Virus record (IMG/VR): IMGVR_UViG_3300033070_001154
Span: 9,440-73,439 of that record
DNA: 64,000 nt
DNA from: a virus
Taxonomy: Duplodnaviria; Caudoviricetes
Direction: 5' to 3' (one strand)
Below are positions 55,036 through 63,509 of the stretch, piece by piece. The translations under genes were made by a program, and so were the position numbers. Within the stretch, counting starts at the first letter, position 1, and every line of letters begins with the position of its first letter. The notes below the pieces were generated by a model. The model ran no database searches, was not told the DNA's origin, and was given only the letters and a program-made list of their open reading frames with translations.

Positions 55036-55452
55036 CTACCTGAAGGGCTTGATGATGCTTTCAATGCTGGGATCCGTGTGCATGGATCTCTCGCGGAGAA
55101 TCCCATTCAGGATGGCCCATTCCCATGCCCTGTCGTTGAGCTCGTCCACGATTCTCAGCGTACCTTCGAGCATCGGAGCGATACAGGCGAAGGAGCGATC
55201 CGTGGACTCATACCAGGGATGTATCGGGTTCCCAGCGATGGCGAGCCTTCCGTCATGATCGGTAGCGAGCCCAGTCACCAGGAGCAGTAACTCAGGACCG
55301 GATACGAGCAGCTCCTCTGGGTCGTACCTTCCTAGAGGCGGCTGTTCACCGGAGTGCTTTTGCTGTACGCGGAGAAGGTCGTAGGAGATCGTCAACCTGT
55401 CCGGGTGGTCCGCCCGGAAGGCCATGTCGATCTCCGATACTCTGGTGGGCAC
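55036..55452 (-). CDS. Hypothetical protein
   Basis: 138 aa from coupled GTG; AWEWAILNGIL echoes part of the family tail. Confidence 0.5.
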   Translation of the reverse strand: MPTRVSEIDMAFRADHPDRLTISYDLLRVQQKHSGEQPPLGRYDPEELLVSGPELLLLVTGLATDHDGRLAIAGNPIHPWYESTDRSFACIAPMLEGTLRIVDELNDRAWEWAILNGILRERSMHTDPSIESIIKPFR

Positions 55453-55667
55453 TACTGGGGCTTGATGAGGGGCGAGCTGTCGGTGGGGCTGGGGGGAATG
55501 GAGTTGCGGACCACGCACTCCTCGTCCCCGAGAGCCTGGCCCTCGTCCACCCAGCCGATGCCCACCCAGCGCATCCTGCGCCCCGAGTCGTTGACCAGCT
55601 TGGGGATGTGCGGGCTGTTCAGCACCGCGAGCTCCTCCAGCCTCTCCCTGTCCATGTGCGTCGTCAT
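55452..55667 (-). CDS. Hypothetical protein
   Basis: 71 aa. Confidence 0.55.
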   Translation of the reverse strand: MTTHMDRERLEELAVLNSPHIPKLVNDSGRRMRWVGIGWVDEGQALGDEECVVRNSIPPSPTDSSPLIKPQ

Positions 55668-55756
55668 CGTTTCCAGCCTCTCCAGCGCCTCCGTTTCAAC
55701 GGGTCGCCTACTCTATCCTGCGACACCTCCCGCGCAACCGGAGGGTACCTCCTGGC

Positions 55757-56026
55757 TCATTCCATGAGGTGTAGCGTCCACGCCGCCAGCGCCTGCTGCT
55801 CCCCCTCGGCGTCGATGTAGCCCTTGGACCTGGCCCAGTGGATCAGCCACTCCTCATTGCCCAGCGGGGTGATGAAGGTCTTGAGCAACGATGATCTGTA
55901 CTCGACCAGTCGGAGCCTGTCAGGGGGCTCGTGGTAGAATAGCGTGTACCAGAAGATGCTGGGCCACCGATCGAAGGTGGTCTGGAGGATGTAGCGAACC
56001 AGCTCAGTGTAATGAATGGGCTTCAC
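55757..56026 (-). CDS. Small protein of the C-terminal-tail family
   Basis: Ends EEWLIHWARSKGYIDAEGEQQALAAWTLHLME. Confidence 0.7.
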   Translation of the reverse strand: MKPIHYTELVRYILQTTFDRWPSIFWYTLFYHEPPDRLRLVEYRSSLLKTFITPLGNEEWLIHWARSKGYIDAEGEQQALAAWTLHLME

Positions 56027-56079
56027 TCGTCCTCCATGAGATACAGGGTGATGATGGCCCTGGCGGTATCGGGGGTCAT
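56023..56079 (-). CDS. 18-aa tail-only mini-ORF (not in ORF track)
   Basis: MTPDTARAIITLYLMEDE; ATG overlaps upstream TGA and its TGA overlaps downstream GTG. Confidence 0.55.
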   Translation of the reverse strand: MTPDTARAIITLYLMEDE

Positions 56080-56489
56080 GGGCGCTTCAGGAAGGCCCTG
56101 CGCTCCTCTGGGAGCATTTCGGCCAGCACCTCGATTCTGGCGAGTTCTCCCCAGGGATCGTCCGGGTCGAAGGGCTTGACCGTCTCCCTCTGGCACTCCT
56201 TGCAGGCCTTGGGGTCATGAAGGGGCGAGTAGCAGCTCTCCGGGGAGGCCATCTCCATCAGACCCATCAGGCCTGACTTCCGGACCCAGGCGGGGGTGGT
56301 CGCCCTCTCCATGGCCTTGATGAAGGTCACGGGGGTGAACCCGGAGGCCACGAGCTCCCTCTGGAAGACCAGGGCATACGCCCTCTCAACTCCATCACGG
56401 GTCTGGGGCGACAAGTCCATGTCGATCACCTGGCCCATGTCCTGGTCGAGGAGCAGGAGCCAGTTCGCAAGGCCCGATAGGTTTCTCAT
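56076..56489 (-). CDS. Hypothetical protein
   Basis: 137 aa. Confidence 0.55.
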   Translation of the reverse strand: MRNLSGLANWLLLLDQDMGQVIDMDLSPQTRDGVERAYALVFQRELVASGFTPVTFIKAMERATTPAWVRKSGLMGLMEMASPESCYSPLHDPKACKECQRETVKPFDPDDPWGELARIEVLAEMLPEERRAFLKRP

Positions 56490-56491
56490 GT

Positions 56492-56737
56492 TCAGTCCTC
56501 CATCAATCCGAGCGTGTACTGGGCCAGGAGCATATCGACCTCGGCATGGCTTGCGATGCCCCGTTGCACGAGCCAGGGCTGCTGGAGCAGATCCTGGACA
56601 TCCTCACGCTCCATGAACGTCCAACTGGTAGGGACGTTCGTATCCTCAGCGAAGCCGTACAACGCCCTGGCCGGGGCACCGTTGCCATCGCCCTCCGGCT
56701 CCATCATCCAGTTCACGAAGTCGATAGCACACTTCAT
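56492..56737 (-). CDS. Small protein of the C-terminal-tail family
   Basis: Ends QPWLVQRGIASHAEVDMLLAQYTLGLMED. Confidence 0.7.
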   Translation of the reverse strand: MKCAIDFVNWMMEPEGDGNGAPARALYGFAEDTNVPTSWTFMEREDVQDLLQQPWLVQRGIASHAEVDMLLAQYTLGLMED

Positions 56738-56792
56738 GTACTACTCCTGAGTTCTTCCCGGAAGGCCGGCGAGGGGCCTTCGACGGAAGCTC

Positions 56793-57458
56793 TCAGGCCA
56801 TGGCGGCCCGGAGTGTGTCCCGGATGTGCTTGAGCTGCTCCTCGTTCTTGCCCTTGAGGAAGGTCGCGAGGTTCACGGGATGCTCGTTGGGGAAGAGGGT
56901 GTTCACGATGTAGGCCTCGTCGACCTCCATGCGCTTGGCCAGGGCGACGCTGTGCTCGGCCTGGAGCTGCTCCCGCTTGGCCTGCTCCTCGGTCGCCTTC
57001 TCGGCCTTCTTGGCGTCCACCTGGCCCTTGAACTCGGAGAGCTTGGCCCGTCCCTCGGTGATGCTCTCGATCAGCTCCTCGTAGACGGAAGCGAGGGCGT
57101 TGCCGATGACGGTCTCGCTGTTGTCGGGAACTTCCACCTCGCCCATGCCCCAGAACAAGGGCGGCGGCAGGAAGAACCCGCTGCGGCGGTTCTCCGCCCT
57201 GGTGATATCAATCTTGCCGTCCGGGTAGACCAGGAAGTTGCCATTGAGGTTCGCATTGCCGGTGATCCGGCCCTCACCGTAGGAGTTCCCCCCGTTGATG
57301 TAACCCTCCACCTTGTCGTCGATCCTGGAGAAGCCGAACTCGGCCTTGATGACCAGGTTCCCGTGCATCCCCTCGATGCGGGCGCAGTTCGGGAGGCCGT
57401 ATGCCCATCCATCCCTGTTCTGGTCCGTGACCAGATCCAACGTGAACACCTTGCCCAT
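56793..57458 (-). CDS. Hypothetical protein
   Basis: 221 aa, extreme GC3 bias; followed by hairpin GAAGGCC/GGCCTTC at 56761-56781. Confidence 0.7.
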   Translation of the reverse strand: MGKVFTLDLVTDQNRDGWAYGLPNCARIEGMHGNLVIKAEFGFSRIDDKVEGYINGGNSYGEGRITGNANLNGNFLVYPDGKIDITRAENRRSGFFLPPPLFWGMGEVEVPDNSETVIGNALASVYEELIESITEGRAKLSEFKGQVDAKKAEKATEEQAKREQLQAEHSVALAKRMEVDEAYIVNTLFPNEHPVNLATFLKGKNEEQLKHIRDTLRAAMA

Positions 57459-57469
57459 TGTACCCTCTC
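57459..57469 (-). promoter_or_regulatory. Leader motif GAGAGGGTACA, copy 3
   Basis: Abuts ATG 57458. Confidence 0.6.
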
Positions 57470-57802
57470 AATCCCTCTCCGGGCATTCAGCACCGGCTGG
57501 CCGCCTCCCGTCGCACGGGGGAGGAAGCTGCCAGAGTTGAGGCTCAGTCCGATAACCAGGTCCAGGCCACCAGGACAGCGCCCATCCCGGCCAGGCTCCA
57601 ACTGGAGTCTGCGAAGTAGTTGTGCTGCCCCAGAAGCAGGACAGCGGTGATGCAGATGACATCTAGCTTTGTGAGTTTCATGGGGAGAGCTCCAGGCTAC
57701 ACACGGCCCTGGTGGTGGCCCCTCATGTACCGGGTACAGAGGCCACGAGGGGTGACAGGTCGTGTGCAGCCTGCGGCGCTCCCTGATGGGAGGCCGCGTT
57801 GT

Positions 57803-58087
57803 TCAGTCGATGAAGATGAGCAGGACGCGAGCGCCCCCGAAGGGCGTGTTCTCGTCGTCGTGATATCCCCCGCAGTCGGGGCAGCGCGGGAGCGGCTCTC
57901 CGGTCAGGGCCTCGGAGCCGGCCCGGGCTTCCTCCTCCATGGTGCGGGGGAGATCGTCGTTGCTAGGGGGAGCCCCGAACATCTGCTCCAGGAGGAGCTC
58001 CACCGAGGTGGGCTCGGTCATCACCAACCGGGCAGCCGGGAAGATCCCGGTGCCCATCTTCTTCGTGTCGTCCATGATTGTACCCAT
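57803..58087 (-). CDS. Hypothetical protein with CPDC
   Basis: 94 aa. Confidence 0.5.
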   Translation of the reverse strand: MGTIMDDTKKMGTGIFPAARLVMTEPTSVELLLEQMFGAPPSNDDLPRTMEEEARAGSEALTGEPLPRCPDCGGYHDDENTPFGGARVLLIFID

Positions 58088-58225
58088 GAGCTGCCCAGGG
58101 AGAGGGGGCAGCGGTCCTCGGAACCGTGGGGGCTCCCTTCCGCCTTCCGGAACTCCGGAGTCTGAAACTCCGGAATCAGAAGGTGCGAGGGAGCCTCCCG
58201 ATCAGGGCGATCGAGAGGCGATGGC

Positions 58226-58507
58226 TCAGGCCGCTTCCAGTTGTTGGGCAGCCTGATCCAGGCGGGTGATCTCCTTGAGGGCCTTGGACCTGGCCCTCTG
58301 GGCGACCACGGTGAGCATCCGGGCTTCATCACGGAGGAAGTCCAGGGCGTGGCCCTCGTATGAGGGGAGTGCCTTGCTCGGGTAGAGCAGCTCCAGGATG
58401 GCCTGGATGCAGAGCCCTAGAGTCTCCCTACGGGGGTAGGGATCGCTCAGGATGTACTCCAGCACCATGAGGAGGTGCTCCAGGGAGCGAAGCTGGTCCC
58501 GGTTCAT
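58226..58507 (-). CDS. Hypothetical helical protein
   Basis: MNRDQL.. 93 aa. Confidence 0.55.
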   Translation of the reverse strand: MNRDQLRSLEHLLMVLEYILSDPYPRRETLGLCIQAILELLYPSKALPSYEGHALDFLRDEARMLTVVAQRARSKALKEITRLDQAAQQLEAA

Positions 58508-58509
58508 GG

Positions 58510-58824
58510 TCAGGGCTCCCTGGAGAGGAGCTCCTCCAGGTGGGCGAGCCTGGGGTGCCCCGTGCTGTCCGCGAACCTGTGGAAGTCGATCATGGCCTCC
58601 CAGAGGTCGTCCTCCCCTGCGAAGTGCTGGTCCGCCAGGACCGCCCGACAGGCCCGGACGTAGTGCCTGGTCTGGGCCTGGTCCTCCATGATCCCGTCCG
58701 TGGCCAGGCAGGCCTTGCGGACAAGGCTCCAGAGGGCGAGCAGGTTGTGGTCCTCGATGGCCCCGTCCTGGGGCTCGTCGATGTAGGACTGCGGAAGGCT
58801 GGTGTCGTTGGGCATGGTGCTCAC
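58510..58824 (-). CDS. Hypothetical protein
   Basis: 104 aa, coupled. Confidence 0.55.
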   Translation of the reverse strand: MSTMPNDTSLPQSYIDEPQDGAIEDHNLLALWSLVRKACLATDGIMEDQAQTRHYVRACRAVLADQHFAGEDDLWEAMIDFHRFADSTGHPRLAHLEELLSREP

Positions 58825-59465
58825 TTCTTCTTGGGATGGGGGTAGGGCCCCTCACGGAGCACGGTCTGTCCCGTGACCAGGGGGCGGTTGTGGATCTCGG
58901 GGAAGCGACGCTTCCAGTCCTTCGCGGCCAGGGACTCGGCCCCGAGCTTGGAGAGCTGCGCGTCGGGCTTGAGGCGGGCCTTGAGCTCCGCTACCTCGTC
59001 GTCCTTGAGGATGTTCCTGCCCTCGGCACAGGCCCAGTCCAGGAGCTTGGTGCGGGAGGTGATCACCACCTGGCCCGCGACCTCCTTGCCCCACTCGGGG
59101 TCGAGGGCGGGGAAGTTCGCCCTCCAGGTCTCGATCCTGTTGTTCTCCCCGGTGCAGAACCCGTAGAGCAGTTCGCCTGCTCGGGAGACTGGGGAGGCCT
59201 TGCGAGCGGCGGTCTTCCCGTATGCGACCGTGGCATAGACGAACTGGGCCGAGCCGGGGGAGGCACCGGGGATGATCCCCTGGACAACCCAGTGGGCCTG
59301 GGTGCCCTTGAGGGTCGGTCCGGTCTTGCCAGGGACGTGGGGCCGGGGGGCATACGCTCCCACGAGCCCCCGAGAGTTCATGACCACCGCGTAGGGGACA
59401 ACCCTACGGGAGACGGTGGTGAGGGCGGCCAGCCCGGAGGGGGTCTCCCTGTTTCTCTTGCTCAT
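58821..59465 (-). CDS. Hypothetical basic protein
   Basis: MSKRNR.. 214 aa; leader motif upstream. Confidence 0.6.
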   Translation of the reverse strand: MSKRNRETPSGLAALTTVSRRVVPYAVVMNSRGLVGAYAPRPHVPGKTGPTLKGTQAHWVVQGIIPGASPGSAQFVYATVAYGKTAARKASPVSRAGELLYGFCTGENNRIETWRANFPALDPEWGKEVAGQVVITSRTKLLDWACAEGRNILKDDEVAELKARLKPDAQLSKLGAESLAAKDWKRRFPEIHNRPLVTGQTVLREGPYPHPKKK

Positions 59466-59470
59466 GCTTG

Positions 59471-59480
59471 TGTACCCTCC
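59471..59480 (-). promoter_or_regulatory. Leader motif variant GGAGGGTACA, copy 4
   Basis: Upstream of ATG 59465, preceded by GCCCCT/AGGGGC hairpin. Confidence 0.5.
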
Positions 59481-59594
59481 GCCCCTTTCGTAGGGGCCTG
59501 CGGCATCCATGCAGCCGCACGTCCTGGCCCTCCCCACCACAGGGAGGGGGCAGAATGCCGGGGGCCAGGTAGGCGCCCCCGTTGCCTTGTTCTC

Positions 59595-59927
59595 TCAGCC
59601 CACCCGCCAGACGCGGGACCGCTCCGAGGCGGCTGCGCTCCCACAGAGCCGGGGGAGCGCCTTCAGGCGATCGGCGTGCTCCGTCACGAGCTCCAGGGCG
59701 TGGCCCTCGGAACGGAAGCTCTTGTTGACCTCGCAGAGCTGGAGCACGCCCGGGATCTTGTCGGCGTCTCCGAACACCATGCCGGAGACGACATAGGCGA
59801 GGGGGCCCCATCCCATCTGGCGGGCTAGAGGTCGGGTGGGCGTGGTCCCGATGGCCAGCTCCCACCAAACCTTACGGGCGTCCTCGGGGGCGAGCTTGCG
59901 AGTGTCGGGGCAGAGAACTACGGGCAT
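59595..59927 (-). CDS. Hypothetical protein
   Basis: MPVVLC.. 110 aa. Confidence 0.5.
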   Translation of the reverse strand: MPVVLCPDTRKLAPEDARKVWWELAIGTTPTRPLARQMGWGPLAYVVSGMVFGDADKIPGVLQLCEVNKSFRSEGHALELVTEHADRLKALPRLCGSAAASERSRVWRVG

Positions 59928-59997
59928 GGAATCCTCCGTTACAGGTTGTGGGTAGGGGCTCTCTACGCCCTGCAATCTACGTTGCAGAGTCTAGGGA

Positions 59998-60015
59998 GCC
60001 CCCCTTTCGGGGGGC
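59998..60015 (-). terminator. GNRA-capped hairpin after the first leftward gene
   Basis: Minus strand GCCCCCC-GAAA-GGGGGGC; no U-tract. Confidence 0.45.
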
Positions 60016-60040
60016 GATGCCGGGACCGGCGTAGGTGGGA

Positions 60041-61129
60041 TCAGGCCTGGGGGGCGGACAGGGACTCGACCGCGACCATGATGGTCTCGCCCTCCGCGGT
60101 GATGATGGAGGCAACCTCCCCATCGGCGGAGATGCCCTCGACGAGGCACTCCGCGCCATCGTAGGTGGCGAGGGCGTCCGCCGTGGGCTTCCAGGCCGCG
60201 GTGGGCACGGCCTCGACGGGCTTGGGGGCGACGTACCGGCGGAGGTCGGGGAGCTTGGCGGTCACCCCGTGGTCGAGGGTCGCCACGCCCTCCGCGATGG
60301 ACTGGACGCGCCACGGGAGGGGCATCTCCGCGATCTTGGCGGCCTTGAGCTTGAAGCCCGCGACCCGGAGCGCGGGGCTGCCGTCAACGAACACCACGGG
60401 GGAGCCCTGGCGGATCGTGGTGGTGTCGAAGGCGTCGGCGGTCACCCCGTCGAGGACGGAGACCGGGGCCTGGAGGGCCCAGGCGGTCAGGGCCTGGACC
60501 GCGGGCTTGGTGGCCTCCGGGTCGTCGGCCTGCTCCAGGAGGGAGCCCATGTCAGCGATCACCCCCCCGAGGAGCGTGCGGAGGCCCTGGAACCTCCCGA
60601 ACGGGCCGGAGGCCCTGGGGGCCGAGACGCGGGGGGAGGCCGTGCCCCCGACGATATCGCCCGTCCCGGCGATGGGGGGCACCTCCACCGTGTCGCCGGT
60701 CGCGTTGGCGGCGGCGGACACCAGGGCGCTGTACCAGGCCTGGAACACCGGGGCCTTCACCCCCCCGGGCAGGGAGGCCGGGCGGAGGCCGGAGGGGGAG
60801 GAGGCCGGGGTCACCTGATAGGCGACCGCGCGGCGGTGGCCGCAGGCGTAGTACCGGGCCCGGCGCACCTCCCCGTCGGGGAGCTCGGCGGCCTTGCCCC
60901 CGTAGGCCATCGTCCGGCGCTGGCTGTCCAGCACCTCGCTCTGGATCGAGAGGCCCGCGGCGTCCAGGGCCTCGACCGTGGTCCCGGCGTCGGAGAGGCG
61001 GGCCAGGGTGGAGTAACCGTTGGACTCCCCGAAGGTGGGCGGCTTCACCCACGGGCGGAGCGCCGCCGGGGTGGAGGGGGAGGTGTGGGCGAGGAGCGCC
61101 CGGAGAACCGCAGTCTTGATCGTTGCCAT
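60041..61129 (-). CDS. Hypothetical Ala/Pro-rich protein, first gene of leftward block
   Basis: 362 aa, extreme GC3 bias. Confidence 0.65.
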   Translation of the reverse strand: MATIKTAVLRALLAHTSPSTPAALRPWVKPPTFGESNGYSTLARLSDAGTTVEALDAAGLSIQSEVLDSQRRTMAYGGKAAELPDGEVRRARYYACGHRRAVAYQVTPASSPSGLRPASLPGGVKAPVFQAWYSALVSAAANATGDTVEVPPIAGTGDIVGGTASPRVSAPRASGPFGRFQGLRTLLGGVIADMGSLLEQADDPEATKPAVQALTAWALQAPVSVLDGVTADAFDTTTIRQGSPVVFVDGSPALRVAGFKLKAAKIAEMPLPWRVQSIAEGVATLDHGVTAKLPDLRRYVAPKPVEAVPTAAWKPTADALATYDGAECLVEGISADGEVASIITAEGETIMVAVESLSAPQA

Positions 61130-61171
61130 GATTGCACCATCGGGGCCCCGTCTAGCACCACGCTAGACGAT

Positions 61172-61236
61172 GGAGCTCCCCTGTAGACTCTAACACTGGC
61201 CAGTGCGGCCATAGGGAGGGGCTACAGGGGAGCTCC
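61172..61236. repeat. 15-bp inverted repeat enclosing a 12-bp palindrome
   Basis: GGAGCTCCCCTGTAG 61172-61186 / CTACAGGGGAGCTCC 61222-61236; CACTGGCCAGTG 61194-61205. Confidence 0.85.
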
Positions 61237-61854
61237 CCGTGCGGTGTAATCCGCCGGGGGAGTTCCGTTGCTGCATTGTGTGGCTTGCGCCCATTCATAC
61301 TGCCCGTGGTCCCATTCGTGCATGGGGGGTTATCAGTAGACTTTCCTGGGGGTTGCACCGCGAGGATTGTGCTCCGCGCCGTTTTGCGCGGGATTGAATC
61401 CAAACTCTTGGCTTCCCCTGGATTGTATGGGGTTTGTGGTGTTGCACCATGGTTGAATACCCATGGTGCGATGGCCCGTTAGCTTTCGGTGAAGGGCTAC
61501 ACCGGGTTACGTTTCATGCGCCGAGTCTCTTGCGAGGGCGCTTTATCGTTTCCTTTCCCCTATGTCGCATGACGACTGCTACTAGGTGTGCCGCTGGGCC
61601 GTACTTCAGGGGTACGGTTGCCAGCGTTGGTCTGCTCTCCCATCGCAAGCGTCATAGGGGGATCTATCTTTGCCAGCGTTACGCCGCTGGACTGTACGGC
61701 GGCTTTTGGCCGCGTATTCGACTAGGGGTTTCTGATATCGGGTTGCCCTAGCACCCTCACACGTTCCAGCGTTCAACCTTGCGACCGTTCCGTCGGAGGT
61801 TGTTTCGCAATGTGGCACACGGCTGCAACCCTTAGATGGGAGCGAAAGCACCGC

Positions 61855-63451
61855 GATTCTCACTGCTAGTCGACCGTCACACCGCTCTAGCGTGCATCGC
61901 ACGCTTGCTAGAGTGGTCGCATGGTCCGGTCGACCGTGAAACGTGACCAAAGCTTTCAAAGACCCTCGCAACCCCGCTGGGGTCGCAGCACGCATGGTGC
62001 CGTTTGGGTTGCCGTTGGGTTCTCGCGTTTCACCGCAACCCTTCCGACACACCAAACCTAGATCGGCGTGCAAAGGAATGCAACACCCTGCAACGCTTTC
62101 TTTGTCGTTTTCTGAAAACCCCTTGTTTTCAAGCGTTTTCAGCACGTCGAAACGGGTTTACCTGACCGTGTAATCCAGGGTTGCCAGCGTGCGACCCTTG
62201 CGACGGCTCGACGGTGCGACGCCGCACCATGGCCGATTGCCGCGCCGCTGCGGCACCTACAGCGGCGGCAACGGCTCGACGCCGCACCATGCGACCCGCG
62301 GCACCTCTCGACCGCTACAGACGCCGCTGGCACCCTTGCAGCATTCTGGTAGAGATTCTCAATATCTCCCGCCACCTATACAGCGCCGGAACGGCATTGT
62401 GAGATTGATTCTCATAACCTGGCCCACTGCAAACCCTGACCGTTTGGTCAATGTTTCCGTCTGGCCGGACGATTATATGAGTCTGATTCTCAATATCTCC
62501 CGGCGGCATTGTGAGAACCCTTCTCATATCCGCCTATGTCGATACCTGCATATGGCCGTCCGGCACCCCAAACTTACACCCCCCGGTAAAACGGCACTGA
62601 TCAGCCGTTCACCCGGTCATTGCTGGCGTTCTAGGTACCCTTCCGTCGACCACGTTTTCGGGTGAGGTGTTCTAGCGTGCAGACCCGTGCTACGCCGTTC
62701 CTGACAGCACTACGTCGAAACGTCTAGCTAGTCTCACATTCCAGCCCCGCTATTGACCGGCATTCAATGAATCACCATTCAGTCGTGGCACGTTTTGACT
62801 TTCTTGCGTAGCAGTCTTCTAGACCACGACATCAATGTCATAGCACCTGGCGGGCTTAGATGCAGACTGCATCCAAGGGTACACTGACCGGGTGTTCCGG
62901 CGCCTAGTAACGGATCGTTACTGTGCAGGGTGTCACACCCCTTTACATGTGACATTCTGCTACAGGGCCAGGTCACTTTGTCACTCCCCCTGTCATTCTG
63001 TCACTGGGACCCCAAACTGGCTTAGAGCTTTCTGATTCTCGGTCTCACTATCTACATTGCTAGTTCTGATTCTGATTCTACATCTCATGATCTAGTTTCG
63101 GCTGGACAGAACTAGGTTAGAGATTCTGATTCTCACTATGGGGGAGGGGGGTCGGTTTGGTGCTCAGGGTGGGGGGAGGTACCCCCGAACGAACGAGATT
63201 CTAGTTTCCAGGGAGGGTGTGCACGGGTTGGCACACTGGGTCAGGTATCTCGATCTGGTTCGCTCTGCTGTTTGAGAAGTGTTTTGCCCTCTTTTGGGTG
63301 CTTCTTTTTTCACAATCGACCGACCCTGCTGTTTTCATGAACAGGATAAGCTGGGTGTTCTTTCCTATTCAGATTCTGAGATACAGTTCTGGTACACTTG
63401 TTTGCACGGGGGGCTGTAGTTCTGGATGGTGGGGGCTACTGCACAGATTCT
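61855..63451 (+). repeat. Dispersed GATTCT iteron-like repeats in non-coding region
   Basis: GATTCT at 61855, 62354, 62407, 62485, 63034, 63068, 63074, 63122, 63128, 63197, 63372, 63446, all + strand. Confidence 0.75.
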
Positions 63452-63509
63452 TCCGGATCGGTTAGTGTCCTTGGCGGTTGATCAACCAGGTTTTCAAGGA
63501 GCACCGATC

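Noticed and set aside
61276-63465. Short ORFs listed in the track across the non-coding region
   Set aside because: No GC3 bias, RBS or coupling, unlike every accepted gene
61130-63500. CRISPR array or tRNA cluster in the non-coding region
   Set aside because: Repeats are short and irregularly spaced; no cloverleaf with T-loop GTTC and a CCA/acceptor stem was seen by eye
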